DNA from: Clostridia bacterium
GTDB taxonomy: Bacteria > Bacillota > Clostridia > Christensenellales > UBA1242
DNA length: 53,710 nt
Reading direction: 5' to 3'
Assembly: GCA_045637945.1 (NCBI GenBank)
Contig: JAZUAI010000030.1
Coordinates: 1-53,710, forward strand
The notes under the pieces are model-generated. The model saw only the letters and a list, made by a program, of their open reading frames with translations, did not search any database and was not told the DNA's origin. The translations under genes and the position numbers were made by a program. Positions 20,129 to 30,519 of the stretch are shown piece after piece; position 1 is the first letter of the stretch, and every line of letters begins with the position of its first letter.

Positions 20129-20158
20129 TTTTAATGCCTCCATTCAAAATTGCAAGTA

Positions 20159-20187
20159 ATAATATCATAACACGAACAAAAATGCAA
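20159..20187 (-). promoter_or_regulatory. SigmaA-type promoter of rplS
   Basis: TTGCAT-17 nt-TATTAT on the minus strand. Confidence 0.55.
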
Positions 20188-20359
20188 GTGTTTTTTTGAT
20201 TAGTTTTCAAAGTTAACAAAATAATTTGTCTCTTTAAATAAAACATGTTTTTTGTAATATAAAAAACAATTTTAAGTCGGTTACAATAGTATTTTCGACT
20301 TTTATTTTTATGCTTATTATGTAATAAATTTTACACATAAATTTAAACATTTTTAATAG

Positions 20360-20713
20360 TTAAAAAATGTTTTTTAAGTAATTTATTTCATTTTGCCTTT
20401 CATCACCAATAATTTCAATGCAATCAAATCTAATAGAAACTTTATCAAGTAAATTTTTGTATTTTAAATAAGAAATTGCTGTATCTCTTATTTTTTTGAT
20501 TTTTGCTTTGTTTATGGCTTCTCTAGGCATACCAAATTTAAGCGAACTACGGGTTTTTACTTCAATAAAAACAATAGTTTGACCATCTTTGGCAATTATA
20601 TCAATTTCACCAATTTTATTTTTATAATTGGTTTCAATTATTTTCATTTTATCTTTTAAGTAATTGTAAGCTAAACTTTCGCCTATATTACCTATTTGTT
20701 TATTAAAATACAC
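20360..20713 (-). CDS. yraN: YraN family (UPF0102) endonuclease-like protein
   Basis: 117 aa with a GTG start. Contains GESLAYNYL...GEIDIIA...IVFIEVKTR. Confidence 0.85.
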   Translation of the reverse strand: MYFNKQIGNIGESLAYNYLKDKMKIIETNYKNKIGEIDIIAKDGQTIVFIEVKTRSSLKFGMPREAINKAKIKKIRDTAISYLKYKNLLDKVSIRFDCIEIIGDERQNEINYLKNIF

Positions 20714-20742
20714 TTTTTGTGTTTCCTTTAATACCTTAAAAT

Positions 20743-21333
20743 TTAATTAACAAAATTTTTAATAAATGAATCTCTGTGTATTTCACATTTTCCAAATTTT
20801 TTCAAAGCTTCAATATGATCTTTTGTTCCATATCCTTTATGCTTTTCAAAACAATAATTTGGATATTTTTTTGCTAAATCAATCATCAATCTATCTCTAA
20901 ATTCCTTAGCTAAAATTGATGCTGCTGCTATGTTATAACTTTTTGCATCACCCTTAATTATGTTTTCTTGCATAGTAGTTGTGTTAATTTTTACTGCATC
21001 AACAAGAACAATATAAGGCTGCTTTTTAAGTCCGTTCAAGGCTTTTTCCATGCCAAGTTTAGTTGCGTTTAAAATATTTATTTCATCAATAGTTTTTTCA
21101 TCAATAGGTACTATGCAATAATCTATTGCAGTATTTATAATTTTTTCGTAAAGGTCTGCTCTCTTTTTTGCCGACAATTTTTTGCTATCATTAACACCCT
21201 CAATAATTTTATCTTCATCAAGTGGCATAACAACACATGCACATACTACAGGACCTGCTAATGGGCCTCTGCCAGCCTCATCAATACCAGCAACCATACC
21301 TAAGTTTTTATATTTGTTTTCATATTCAAACAT
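20743..21333 (-). CDS. rnhB: Ribonuclease HII
   Basis: 196 aa. Contains GIDEAGRGPLAGPVV and DSKKLS motifs. Confidence 0.92.
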   Translation of the reverse strand: MFEYENKYKNLGMVAGIDEAGRGPLAGPVVCACVVMPLDEDKIIEGVNDSKKLSAKKRADLYEKIINTAIDYCIVPIDEKTIDEINILNATKLGMEKALNGLKKQPYIVLVDAVKINTTTMQENIIKGDAKSYNIAAASILAKEFRDRLMIDLAKKYPNYCFEKHKGYGTKDHIEALKKFGKCEIHRDSFIKNFVN

Positions 21334-21353
21334 ACAAGTATTTCCTATTTAAC

Positions 21354-22205
21354 CTAGTCTAAAACTATTTTACCAAGTCTACCTTTTCTGAAATCATCTA
21401 AAATAAGTATTGCACATCTATCATAGTCAAGTTCACCTTGTTTTAATAAACATTTTCTTTTTTTGCATATTTCGTCAAAAATTTCTAATGTTTCTTGATC
21501 TTCACTTATTGTTATTTCATAACGATTTTCTAAAGATTTTTTATTTATTTTTACTATGTCTTTGATAAAGCAAAACGCTAAGTCGGTTATATCTAAAACA
21601 TTATCTTTAATACTACCAATATATGCTAAATTCTTTGCTGTTTTTTCATTTTCAAAACTAGGCCAGAGAGTTCCTGGTGTGTCAAGCAAAACTAAACCCT
21701 CATCTACTGAGACCCATTGTTTGCCCTTTGTAACGCCAGGCTTATTACCTGTTATAGTTTTAGCTTTTCGGCAAAAATTGTTGATTAAGGTGCTTTTCCC
21801 AACGTTAGGAACGCCAACAACCATTGCTTTTATTGCATAATTTAAACCTTTTGCTTGGTTAAACTCAAATTTATCTTTTAACAAAGTTTTTGCTTTGTCA
21901 TATAAGATTTTTGTAGAGTTTGACTCTACACTATTTAAACTAACAGCAATTGAGTTTGATGAGGTTAATTGCTTTTTAAATCTATCAAGATTTTTTTCAT
22001 CAACTAAATCGCTTTTATTTAAAACATATATGATTTTTTTGTTCTTTGCCAAGTTTGATAACTTTGGGTTTAAACAAGATAGAGGTGCACGAGCATCCAA
22101 ACAATAAAAAATTAAATCAACATTTTTAATTTCCTTTTCCATTTCCCTTAAAGCTTTGGTCATATGCCCAGGAAACCAGTTAATGTTTGTTTTATTTTCG
22201 CCCAT
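21354..22205 (-). CDS. rbgA: Ribosome biogenesis GTPase A (YlqF)
   Basis: 283 aa circularly permuted GTPase (NKSDL ... GVPNVGKST ... DTPG). Confidence 0.9.
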   Translation of the reverse strand: MGENKTNINWFPGHMTKALREMEKEIKNVDLIFYCLDARAPLSCLNPKLSNLAKNKKIIYVLNKSDLVDEKNLDRFKKQLTSSNSIAVSLNSVESNSTKILYDKAKTLLKDKFEFNQAKGLNYAIKAMVVGVPNVGKSTLINNFCRKAKTITGNKPGVTKGKQWVSVDEGLVLLDTPGTLWPSFENEKTAKNLAYIGSIKDNVLDITDLAFCFIKDIVKINKKSLENRYEITISEDQETLEIFDEICKKRKCLLKQGELDYDRCAILILDDFRKGRLGKIVLD

Positions 22206-22241
22206 GTTTTACCTCCTTTAAATCAAAAATCGTTATAAAAA

Positions 22242-22922
22242 TTATTTATCAGTATTTGTTAATAAATCCGGTCTACGCTCTTTTGTAATTTTTAAAGATT
22301 GCTCTTGTCTCCATTTTGCAATTTCTTGATGATTACCATTTAATAATACTTCAGGAACAGCCTTGTTCATAAAAACACTTGGTCTTGTATATTGTGGATA
22401 TTCTAATAAATTATTATTAAAACTTTCCTCGCTTGTTGTTTCGTTATTTCCTAAAACACTAGGTATGTATCTAGCAACAGAATCAACCAAAATCATTGCT
22501 GGCAATTCTCCACCGGTTAAAACATAATCACCAACAGAAATTTCCTCATCAACACACAAATCAATAATTCGTTGATCAATACCTTCGTAATGACCACAAA
22601 TTAAAACTAAATGTTCATGTTCTTTTGCTAAAGACTCAACATAATTTTGTTTTAATACTTTACCCTTTGGTGAAAGATATATAACATAACTGTCTGGCGT
22701 TTTAACGGCGTTAATGGCGTCATATAGGGGTTGTGGAGTCATAATCATTCCAGCACCACCGCCATAAGAATAGTCGTCACAGCGCTTATTATTGTCTTTA
22801 GAATAGTCACGAATATTTGTTACATTGATTTGCAATAAGTTGTTTTTTTGTGCTCTAGCCAAAATGCTGTGGTTTAACGAATCAAACATTTCAGGGAAAA
22901 GAGTTAATATATCTATTTTCAT
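22242..22922 (-). CDS. trmD: tRNA (guanine37-N1)-methyltransferase
   Basis: 226 aa. Starts MKIDILTLFPEMF and contains the SVGDYVLTGGELPA motif. ATGA overlap with rimM. Confidence 0.94.
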   Translation of the reverse strand: MKIDILTLFPEMFDSLNHSILARAQKNNLLQINVTNIRDYSKDNNKRCDDYSYGGGAGMIMTPQPLYDAINAVKTPDSYVIYLSPKGKVLKQNYVESLAKEHEHLVLICGHYEGIDQRIIDLCVDEEISVGDYVLTGGELPAMILVDSVARYIPSVLGNNETTSEESFNNNLLEYPQYTRPSVFMNKAVPEVLLNGNHQEIAKWRQEQSLKITKERRPDLLTNTDK

Positions 22923-23413
22923 ATCAAGACCTCATCAAGTTTGTCTTTATAAACAACTATTTTTTTATCTTTAATATTAACTTCTTTAATTAAATGGTTT
23001 AAAAAAGGAAAACTTTTTATTGCTCCGCCTAAAAGGATGTTTATAATATCTGCTGAACCATATTTTTCAACACTTTCAACATAACCAATAATATTGCTGT
23101 TTTCATCAACAACACAACAGTTTTCTAAGTCAGAAATAAAATATTCCCCTTCTTCTGCTGTTGCAAGTTCTTTTTCAGCAAGTAAAATTTTGTTTCTTAA
23201 TAATTCTGCTTGGTTTCTATCAACAACCTCTTCAGTTGCTATAAAAGCATATTTATCAGAAAACCTAATTTTATTTATTGTGTATGCTTGCTCACCAATA
23301 TAAAAAGTTTTTAATGATTTTAAGAAATCAAGATCTGAAGTAAAACACTCTACCTTAATCTCTCCTTTAATTCCTTGAGGTTTTAAAACCTTGGCAATCT
23401 CTATTTTTTGCAT
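22919..23413 (-). CDS. rimM: 16S rRNA processing protein RimM
   Basis: 164 aa. Contains VLKPQGIKGEIKV. Lies upstream of trmD. Confidence 0.9.
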   Translation of the reverse strand: MQKIEIAKVLKPQGIKGEIKVECFTSDLDFLKSLKTFYIGEQAYTINKIRFSDKYAFIATEEVVDRNQAELLRNKILLAEKELATAEEGEYFISDLENCCVVDENSNIIGYVESVEKYGSADIINILLGGAIKSFPFLNHLIKEVNIKDKKIVVYKDKLDEVLI

Positions 23414-23460
23414 TTATACAATCTCTCTTTTTACAAAATTGCAAAAATTCAACAAAAAAA

Positions 23461-23688
23461 CTATTTAATTTTTAAAATATATTTTTTTGTTTCTTTGTGT
23501 GCTGCTGAGTGTAAAATAGATCTAATTGCTTGAGCAACTTTACCATTTTTACCAATAACTTTACCTGTATCATTTTCTGCAACGCTTACTTCAACAACAA
23601 CAGCTTTTTCTTCTTCTCTTGAAGTTACTTTTACTGCTTCTTTATCTTCTACAAGATTTTCTACAATATATTTAATAAGTTCTTCCAT
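23461..23688 (-). CDS. khpA: KH-domain RNA-binding protein (YlqC/KhpA)
   Basis: 75 aa with the GKVIGKNGKVAQAIRSIL KH motif. Lies between rpsP and rimM. Confidence 0.85.
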   Translation of the reverse strand: MEELIKYIVENLVEDKEAVKVTSREEEKAVVVEVSVAENDTGKVIGKNGKVAQAIRSILHSAAHKETKKYILKIK

Positions 23689-23713
23689 TATTGTTTACCC
23701 CTTTTAAAAGATA

Positions 23714-24016
23714 TTATGCTTTTTTAGCATCTTTCTTTTTAGGTGTAACTTTTTTGCTTGTATAAGGTTTTGGATTTTCAACAACGCCAGCTTTAACAAG
23801 TAATGTTCTTGCAGTTTCTGTTGGTTGTGCACCATTTTTAATCCATGTCAAAGTTTTTTCTTTGTCAATTTTGAGTTCATTTTCCTTTAATGGATTGAAA
23901 TATCCCAAATTTTCAATAACTTTGCCATCACGAGAAGTTCTTGAATCAGCAACAACTACTCTGTAAAATGGGCTTTTTTTGTCTCCTAATCTTGTAAGTC
24001 TAATTTTTACTGCCAT
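23714..24016 (-). CDS. rpsP: 30S ribosomal protein bS16
   Basis: Starts [26 protein letters not shown]. Confidence 0.95.
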   Translation of the reverse strand: MAVKIRLTRLGDKKSPFYRVVVADSRTSRDGKVIENLGYFNPLKENELKIDKEKTLTWIKNGAQPTETARTLLVKAGVVENPKPYTSKKVTPKKKDAKKA

Positions 24017-24098
24017 TTTTATTTTTCTCCTTTATTTTCTTAATGTATATTAAAAATTTTTATTAAAAAAATTTATAAAAAACTAATTTGATTTAACT

Positions 24099-25412
24099 TT
24101 AAAATTTAAAGTTTTTAAGATTTCCGCCTTTCATTTGCTTCATCATCATTTTTGATTGTTCAAATTGCTTTAAAAGTCTGTTTACATCTTGAATTTGTGT
24201 TCCGCTACCTTCTGCAATTCTCTTCTTTTGACTACCCTTTATTAAATCAGGATTTCTACGTTCTTTTTTAGTCATACTTTGAATAATTGCTTTGTTTCTA
24301 TCAAGCTCTTTTTCATCAATACTTACGCCTTTTAACTTATTACTAAGGCCAGGTATCATACCAATAAGATCATTGATGTTTCCCATTTTATTAATGTTTT
24401 CCATTTGAGCTAAGTAATCTTCAAAAGTAAAACTGTTTTCTTTAAACTTCTTTTCAAGTTTTTTAGCTTCTTCTTCTGTAACAGCATTTTTTGCTTTTTC
24501 AATAAGAGTTAAAACATCTCCCATTCCTAAGATTCTTGAAGCCATACGGTCTGGATGGAAAGGCTCTATATCACCCAATTTTTCACCAATACCACAGAAT
24601 TTAATAGGTTTTTTAACTACTTCAGAAATTGATAATCCTGCACCACCACGGGTATCACCATCAAGTTTTGTAAGAATAACGCCCGTTACATCAAGTGCTT
24701 GATTAAATTGTTCTGCAACATTAACAGATTCTTGACCGTTCATTGAGTCAACAACAAGTAATATTTCTGATGGTTTAATTTCTTTTTTAAGAACTCTTAA
24801 CTCATCCATTAACTCTTCGTTAATTGAAAGTCTACCAGCTGTATCAACAATAACTGTGTCATAAAGTTTTTTGTTTGCGTATTCAATTGCTTGTTTGCAA
24901 GTTTTTGTTGGATTTTGAGTTCCCTTTTCAAAAACTTCAACATTTGCAGTTTTACCAACTACTTGAAGTTGGCTAATAGCTGCAGGTCTATAAATATCGC
25001 AAGCTACTAACATTGGTTTTTTGCCTTGACTTTTTAACAAACTTGCAAGTTTACCGCACATTGTTGTTTTACCAGAACCTTGCAAACCACAAAGCATAAT
25101 AACTGTTGGTAATGAAGATGAAACTGCAAGTTTTGAGTTTGTATTTCCCATAAGAGAAATAAGTTCTTCATTAACAATGTTAATTACTTGTTGACCTGGA
25201 GTTAAACTGTTTAAAACTTGTTGGCCAATTGCCTTTTCAGAAACTCTGTTTATAAAGTTTTTTGCCACCATAAAGTTAACATCCGCTTCTAATAAAGCAA
25301 CCCTAACTTCACGCATAGCTTCTTTAATTTCAAGTTCCGTTAATTTTCCTCGTTTTGTAAGATGAGAAAAAATGTGATTAAGTCTTAATGATAAATTTGA
25401 GAACATACCCAT
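24099..25412 (-). CDS. ffh: Signal recognition particle protein Ffh
   Basis: 437 aa. NG domain (GLQGSGKTT, DTAGR, TKLDGD) plus a Met-rich M domain. Confidence 0.94.
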   Translation of the reverse strand: MGMFSNLSLRLNHIFSHLTKRGKLTELEIKEAMREVRVALLEADVNFMVAKNFINRVSEKAIGQQVLNSLTPGQQVINIVNEELISLMGNTNSKLAVSSSLPTVIMLCGLQGSGKTTMCGKLASLLKSQGKKPMLVACDIYRPAAISQLQVVGKTANVEVFEKGTQNPTKTCKQAIEYANKKLYDTVIVDTAGRLSINEELMDELRVLKKEIKPSEILLVVDSMNGQESVNVAEQFNQALDVTGVILTKLDGDTRGGAGLSISEVVKKPIKFCGIGEKLGDIEPFHPDRMASRILGMGDVLTLIEKAKNAVTEEEAKKLEKKFKENSFTFEDYLAQMENINKMGNINDLIGMIPGLSNKLKGVSIDEKELDRNKAIIQSMTKKERRNPDLIKGSQKKRIAEGSGTQIQDVNRLLKQFEQSKMMMKQMKGGNLKNFKF

Positions 25413-25413
25413 A

Positions 25414-25749
25414 CTACAAAACCTCCAAAATTTTGTTTAATTTGTTTTTAATGTAATCTTTATTTATTTCTGGTTTTTCAAGCGCCGAAATTGTTAAGTT
25501 TACATCTTTTTTAATGGCTTCAAGTTTTTTTAACAAACCAAGCTTTTTTTCATATTCTTCTAATATTTTAAAAGTTCTTTTTAACAAATCATTTACTGCT
25601 TGTCTACTTGAATTATATTCAACTGCAAGTTCAGTTATTGAAAGGTTATTATCAAGAAAGTCTTTTAACATATTTTGTTGTTTTTGTGTTAAAAGGTTTT
25701 TATAAAGTTCTGATAACAAGCTTAACTTTAAATTTGCTTCTAATTCCAT
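25414..25749 (-). CDS. ylxM: YlxM (UPF0122) putative helix-turn-helix protein
   Basis: 111 aa. Contains LTQKQQNMLKDFLDNNLSITELA. Lies immediately upstream of ffh. Confidence 0.85.
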   Translation of the reverse strand: MELEANLKLSLLSELYKNLLTQKQQNMLKDFLDNNLSITELAVEYNSSRQAVNDLLKRTFKILEEYEKKLGLLKKLEAIKKDVNLTISALEKPEINKDYIKNKLNKILEVL

Positions 25750-25813
25750 TAAAATTTACCTTTTAATTTTAGAAAAATATTACTTTGTAAAGTAAAAATG
25801 CTTTACAAATAGT

Positions 25814-25841
25814 ATTATACCCTTTTTAGAATTATTGTCAA
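25814..25841 (-). promoter_or_regulatory. SigmaA-type promoter of ylxM-ffh operon
   Basis: TTGACA-16 nt-TATAAT. A 9-bp inverted repeat, TTTGTAAAG/CTTTACAAA (25784-25809), starts at about +1. Confidence 0.55.
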
Positions 25842-25864
25842 TATTATTTTTAAATTTTTTTTAC

Positions 25865-25908
25865 AAAAAAAGAGCTAAAAAGCCATTAAATATAAGCTTT
25901 TTAACTCT
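25865..25908 (-). terminator. Intrinsic terminator after ftsY
   Basis: AGAGCTAAAAAGC/GCTTTTTAACTCT stem (one mismatch) followed by a U-run on the minus strand. Confidence 0.65.
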
Positions 25909-25942
25909 TTAAGTTTATTTAATAAAGAAAATCAAATTATGT

Positions 25943-26839
25943 TTACAAAATGCCATCAACAAATGAATTTGGTTCAAATTCTTCAAGGTCGTTAACACCT
26001 TCACCAACACCTACAAAATAAACCGGTGTTTTAATTTCTTTTAAAATTGGGAAAATAATCCCTCCCCTGCTTGTTCCGTCAAGTTTTGTTAAGATAATAC
26101 CATCAATACCAATAGCATCTTTAAAAGCATTAACCTGAACTAATGAATTTTGACCAATGGTTGCATCAACGACAATAAAGTTAAAATGTTTTGCCTCTGG
26201 CCATTCTCTTTGTTCAATACGGTTAATCTTTTTAAGTTCTTCCATAAGATTAACTTTTGTATGAAGTCTACCAGCTGTATCAACAATTAAAACATCTGTA
26301 TTTTTTGCTTTTGCAGAAGCAATACCATCATAAACAACTGCTGAAGCATCTGCACCTTCTTGATGTTTAACAATTTTAACATCTACTTTTTTAGCCCATT
26401 CAGTAAGTTGTTCTGTAGCAGCTGCCCTAAATGTATCGCCAGCAACAAGAGTAACACTTTTGCCTTTTTGTTTAAAATAATTAGCAAGCTTACCAATTGT
26501 TGTTGTTTTACCTACGCCGTTAACACCTACAATAGTAATTATTAATGGATAAGAATAATCTTCTTTTTCACAATCAGATAAAATATTTTTTAAAATATCT
26601 TTAAGTTCTTCTCTTGCTTTTTCTTGTTTATAAATATGTTTTTCTCTAACAACTTCCTTAAGATTTTCAATAATTTCTTGAGAAGTTGTTGCCCCCATGT
26701 CTGAGTTGATTAAAGCAAATTCTAAATCATCGTAAAAATCTGCATCAATATCCCCGCCACGGAAAACAGCGTTTAACTTTGTTAAAAGTGAATCTCTAGT
26801 CTTTTTTAAACCGTTTTTAATTTTTGTAAACAAACCCAT
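25943..26839 (-). CDS. ftsY: Signal recognition particle receptor FtsY (short form, no acidic A domain)
   Basis: 298 aa NG domain (GVNGVGKTTT, DTAGR, TKLDG). Confidence 0.93.
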   Translation of the reverse strand: MGLFTKIKNGLKKTRDSLLTKLNAVFRGGDIDADFYDDLEFALINSDMGATTSQEIIENLKEVVREKHIYKQEKAREELKDILKNILSDCEKEDYSYPLIITIVGVNGVGKTTTIGKLANYFKQKGKSVTLVAGDTFRAAATEQLTEWAKKVDVKIVKHQEGADASAVVYDGIASAKAKNTDVLIVDTAGRLHTKVNLMEELKKINRIEQREWPEAKHFNFIVVDATIGQNSLVQVNAFKDAIGIDGIILTKLDGTSRGGIIFPILKEIKTPVYFVGVGEGVNDLEEFEPNSFVDGIL

Positions 26840-26876
26840 AATTTGTTGTGACCTTTCCTTTATATATTAAATAATG

Positions 26877-29800
26877 TTAAGCTGTAACTGAATTTTTATC
26901 AGGAGCTTCTTGACCTTCTTTTGAATTTTTAATTGCATCACTAAGTTTAACAGAAACAATTTTACTTACACCTTTTTCTTCCATTGTAACACCATACAAT
27001 GAGTCAGCAAGCATCATAGTTGGTTTTCTGTGTGTGATAACAATAAATTGAGTTTCTTTTGAGAAATTCTTTAAATATTGAGCAAATCTTGATACGTTTG
27101 TGTCGTCAAGAGCTGCTTCAATTTCGTCTAATAAGCAGAATGGCATTGGACGAAGTTTTAATATTGCAAATAAAATTGCAATACCAGTTAAAGCTTTTTC
27201 TTCACCAGTTAAAAGTGTAATACTTTGAAGTTTTTTGCCAGGTGGTTCTGCAACAATTTCAACACCTGCTTGAAGTGGATCTTCAGCTTCAGTTAATTCA
27301 AGTCTTGCGTTTCCACCACCAAATAATTCACGGAAAACTTTTGAGAAGTTTGCTTGAATTTTGGTAAATTCTGTTTCAAATCTTGTAATCATCTCTGTTG
27401 CCAAGTCTTTAATAATTTTAATTAAGTCTTCTTTTGCTGTTGATAAGTCTTCTGCTTGAGCGCTTAAAGTTTCATATCTTTCAAGCAAGTCTTTGCAGTC
27501 TTCAATAGCATTAACGTTGATATAACCAAGTTTTGAAATATCACGTTTGATTTTGTTAATTTGAGTCATACCCTCTTTAATATCAAAATCTTCTTGTTTT
27601 AATGGTAAACATGAAGCATATGTAAGTTCATAATCTTCAAAAATCTTTTCTTGCATTGCTTCAATATCTGTATCAACTTTTGCAAGAGCCATTTCTTGTT
27701 GATATTTCTTTTCTTGAACAACATTAATTTCTGCCATTAAACGTGATTTATCTTCATCTAAAGTCTTAATTGCAGATTGTAATGATTGTTTTGTTGAATC
27801 AAGTGATAAAAGTTTTGCTCTTGCATCATCAAGACCTTGTTTTGTTTCTTTATCGTCAACTTGATCAATTTGAGTATTAACAATTTCTTCTGCTTCTTTA
27901 ATGTTATTTGTAACTCTTTCAAGATTTGATGAGATATCAACCAAAGCAAAATCTGTTTGTTTGATATAACCTTCTAACCTTTCAAGTTCAGCATAAATTG
28001 CATTTAACTCACTATCCAAAGTTGTTTTTCTAATTTTAAGCTCAGTGATATCGTTTTGTAATGAATCTCTTTGAGTTCTTAAATTAGTGAACATTTTTTG
28101 GTTATTTTCAATTTCTTGTGAAGAACCAATTTGAGTGTTTTCATCATAACCAGTTGAGTTAAGAGCATTTGTAATAACCTCAATTTTTGTTGCAAAATTG
28201 ATTTTTTCTTGACTTAAATTGATGCGTTCTTTATTAAGTTCATCAACATAAACACTCAATTGCTCAAGGTTTTGAGCTTGCTTTGCACTTTCAATTTGAG
28301 CACTTAATAATTTTTCTCCCAAATCGTTTGATTGATTTATTAAATTAGCAACTTGTCCTTCAAGTTGAAGCTTTAAAGTTTTTAAATCGTTAAAGCTATT
28401 TGTTATTTTTATAATTTGGTTTGAAATATTTTCAATTTCATTATCTCTCATCAAAAGATTTGATGTGATTGCTTTTTTACTACCACCAGACATTGAACCT
28501 TGTGGGTTAATAACGTCACCATCAATAGTAACAATTTTGTATGAGAAATTTGATTGTTTTGCAAGAGAAACAGCCAAATCAATATTTTCAACAATAACTG
28601 TTCTTCCAAGTAATGATTCAAAAACAGCTTTTAATGATGGGTCATATTTAACAATATTTGAAGCCACACCAAAAGTTTTGTTTCTTTTTACTATCATTGA
28701 TTCAGCATCATTTAATGTGCGAATTTTCATTGATGAAATTGGTAAGAATGTTGCTCTACCTAAATTATTGCGTTTTAAGTAGTTAATTAAAAATTTAGTG
28801 TCTTCTTCATTTCTTGTAATGATATCTTGAACTGCTCCACCAAGTGCAACTTCAATAGCAGTTTCAAAGCCATTTGGAATTGTCATACATGAAGCAACAA
28901 GACCAACTATTTTTTCTTGCAATTCTCTTTGAACTTTACTATCTTGCATCAAGCGTTTTACTGTGTAGTTATAACCTTCAAAGTCTTTTTGCATATCTTC
29001 CAAAACTTTTTTACGGTTTTGTAAAATTTGAATATTTGAAGCACTTTGATTGATTTTTTCGTTAATTTCCCTTAAATCGCTTTGTGCTTTTTGTAATTTT
29101 GATTGTAACTCTTCATTTTGCTTTGCTAAAGAAGAGTGAGTTTCTTGTGCTTTTCTTGCAATCGCAGTAGCACTTTCTAAAGCACTTTCCTTATCTTTGA
29201 TTTTACCTTGTAAAGTATAAATTTTACCTTCCAAGTCAGTAATATTGTTAAGATAAGCTTCTTTTTGTGCTGTAAGAGCTGAAATGTTTGATTTTATATC
29301 AGTCATTTTTGACAATTCATCAATCATTTCTTTTTGTTTTTTAGCGGCCTCATCTTCACTTTCGGTTAACTCATCCACTATTTTTAAGTATTTATCAGAC
29401 AAATCAACAAGTTTATAGTTAACTTCTTTTAATTCTTGTTGCTTTTCTGCTTTAAGTTGTTCATTTGTTTCAATAATCTTTAATGAATTTTCTTTATTTA
29501 AAATTTCTTTTTCATAGTCTTGAGTTAAAGAATCTCTTTCATCTGTTAAAAATCTTAATCTTTCTTTCAAAAGATTTGTTTCACCAGCACGTTTTTCAAG
29601 TTTTACGGTCATAGATAAGATTTTATCATTTAACTCTTGCAAAGTTCTGTCAATTTGTGAAACTTCAAACATTTTATCATTATAATCGTTTGTTGTTTTA
29701 TCAAAATCAGTTTGCTTAATATTAAGTTCTTCAGCGTATCCATCAATTTTTGTTTGAATTGCTTGTTTTGTATCACTTGCTGAATCATATTGATAAATAT

Positions 29801-30488
29801 AAGCGTTGACTTCAAGAGATTTTAATTGTTCTTTATATTCAAGATATAGTTTTGCATTTTCAGCTTGTCTTTTTAAAGGGCCAAGTTGTCTTTCTTGCTC
29901 TGCAAGAACGTCTAATGCACGGTTTAAATTTTCTTGAGTTCTTTCAAGTTTTCTTTCAGCTTCAACTTTACGTTGTTTAAATTTTGAAATACCTGCAGCA
30001 TCTTCAAATATAGTTCTACGATTTTCAGGTTTAGCGCTGATAATCTCTTCAACCTTACCTTGACCAATAATTGAATAACCTTCTTTACCAACACCAGAGT
30101 CATGTAAGGCTGTAGTTATGTCTTTTAAACGACAAGGAGTGCCGTTAATCATATATTCACTTTCACCTGAACGATAAAGTTTACGAGTAAAAGAAACCTC
30201 ATCAAAATCAAGGTTGAAAAACCTTTTTGTGTTATCAAAAAATAATGAAACTTCGCAATAAGACATACTTTTGCGCTTTTCAGTTCCATTAAAAATAACG
30301 TCTTGCATGCTGTTACCACGCAAAAGTTTTGAGCTTTGTTCACCCAAAACCCATCTAATAGCATCAGCAACGTTTGATTTTCCACAACCGTTTGGTCCTA
30401 CAATACCAGTGATACCAGGTTCAAATTTAACTTCAAGTCTATCAGCAAACGATTTAAAGCCTGCTAACTCTATCTTTTTGAAATTCAA
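26877..30488 (-). CDS. smc: Chromosome partition protein Smc
   Basis: 1203 aa with a TTG start. Walker A GPNGCGKSN, long coiled coils, a hinge, and a C-terminal signature/Walker B (LTGEEKALT, LLDEIEAALD). Confidence 0.94.
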   Translation of the reverse strand: MNFKKIELAGFKSFADRLEVKFEPGITGIVGPNGCGKSNVADAIRWVLGEQSSKLLRGNSMQDVIFNGTEKRKSMSYCEVSLFFDNTKRFFNLDFDEVSFTRKLYRSGESEYMINGTPCRLKDITTALHDSGVGKEGYSIIGQGKVEEIISAKPENRRTIFEDAAGISKFKQRKVEAERKLERTQENLNRALDVLAEQERQLGPLKRQAENAKLYLEYKEQLKSLEVNAYIYQYDSASDTKQAIQTKIDGYAEELNIKQTDFDKTTNDYNDKMFEVSQIDRTLQELNDKILSMTVKLEKRAGETNLLKERLRFLTDERDSLTQDYEKEILNKENSLKIIETNEQLKAEKQQELKEVNYKLVDLSDKYLKIVDELTESEDEAAKKQKEMIDELSKMTDIKSNISALTAQKEAYLNNITDLEGKIYTLQGKIKDKESALESATAIARKAQETHSSLAKQNEELQSKLQKAQSDLREINEKINQSASNIQILQNRKKVLEDMQKDFEGYNYTVKRLMQDSKVQRELQEKIVGLVASCMTIPNGFETAIEVALGGAVQDIITRNEEDTKFLINYLKRNNLGRATFLPISSMKIRTLNDAESMIVKRNKTFGVASNIVKYDPSLKAVFESLLGRTVIVENIDLAVSLAKQSNFSYKIVTIDGDVINPQGSMSGGSKKAITSNLLMRDNEIENISNQIIKITNSFNDLKTLKLQLEGQVANLINQSNDLGEKLLSAQIESAKQAQNLEQLSVYVDELNKERINLSQEKINFATKIEVITNALNSTGYDENTQIGSSQEIENNQKMFTNLRTQRDSLQNDITELKIRKTTLDSELNAIYAELERLEGYIKQTDFALVDISSNLERVTNNIKEAEEIVNTQIDQVDDKETKQGLDDARAKLLSLDSTKQSLQSAIKTLDEDKSRLMAEINVVQEKKYQQEMALAKVDTDIEAMQEKIFEDYELTYASCLPLKQEDFDIKEGMTQINKIKRDISKLGYINVNAIEDCKDLLERYETLSAQAEDLSTAKEDLIKIIKDLATEMITRFETEFTKIQANFSKVFRELFGGGNARLELTEAEDPLQAGVEIVAEPPGKKLQSITLLTGEEKALTGIAILFAILKLRPMPFCLLDEIEAALDDTNVSRFAQYLKNFSKETQFIVITHRKPTMMLADSLYGVTMEEKGVSKIVSVKLSDAIKNSKEGQEAPDKNSVTA

Positions 30489-30519
30489 TGCAGTATTTCC
30501 CTTTTTTTAGTTTTTTGTT

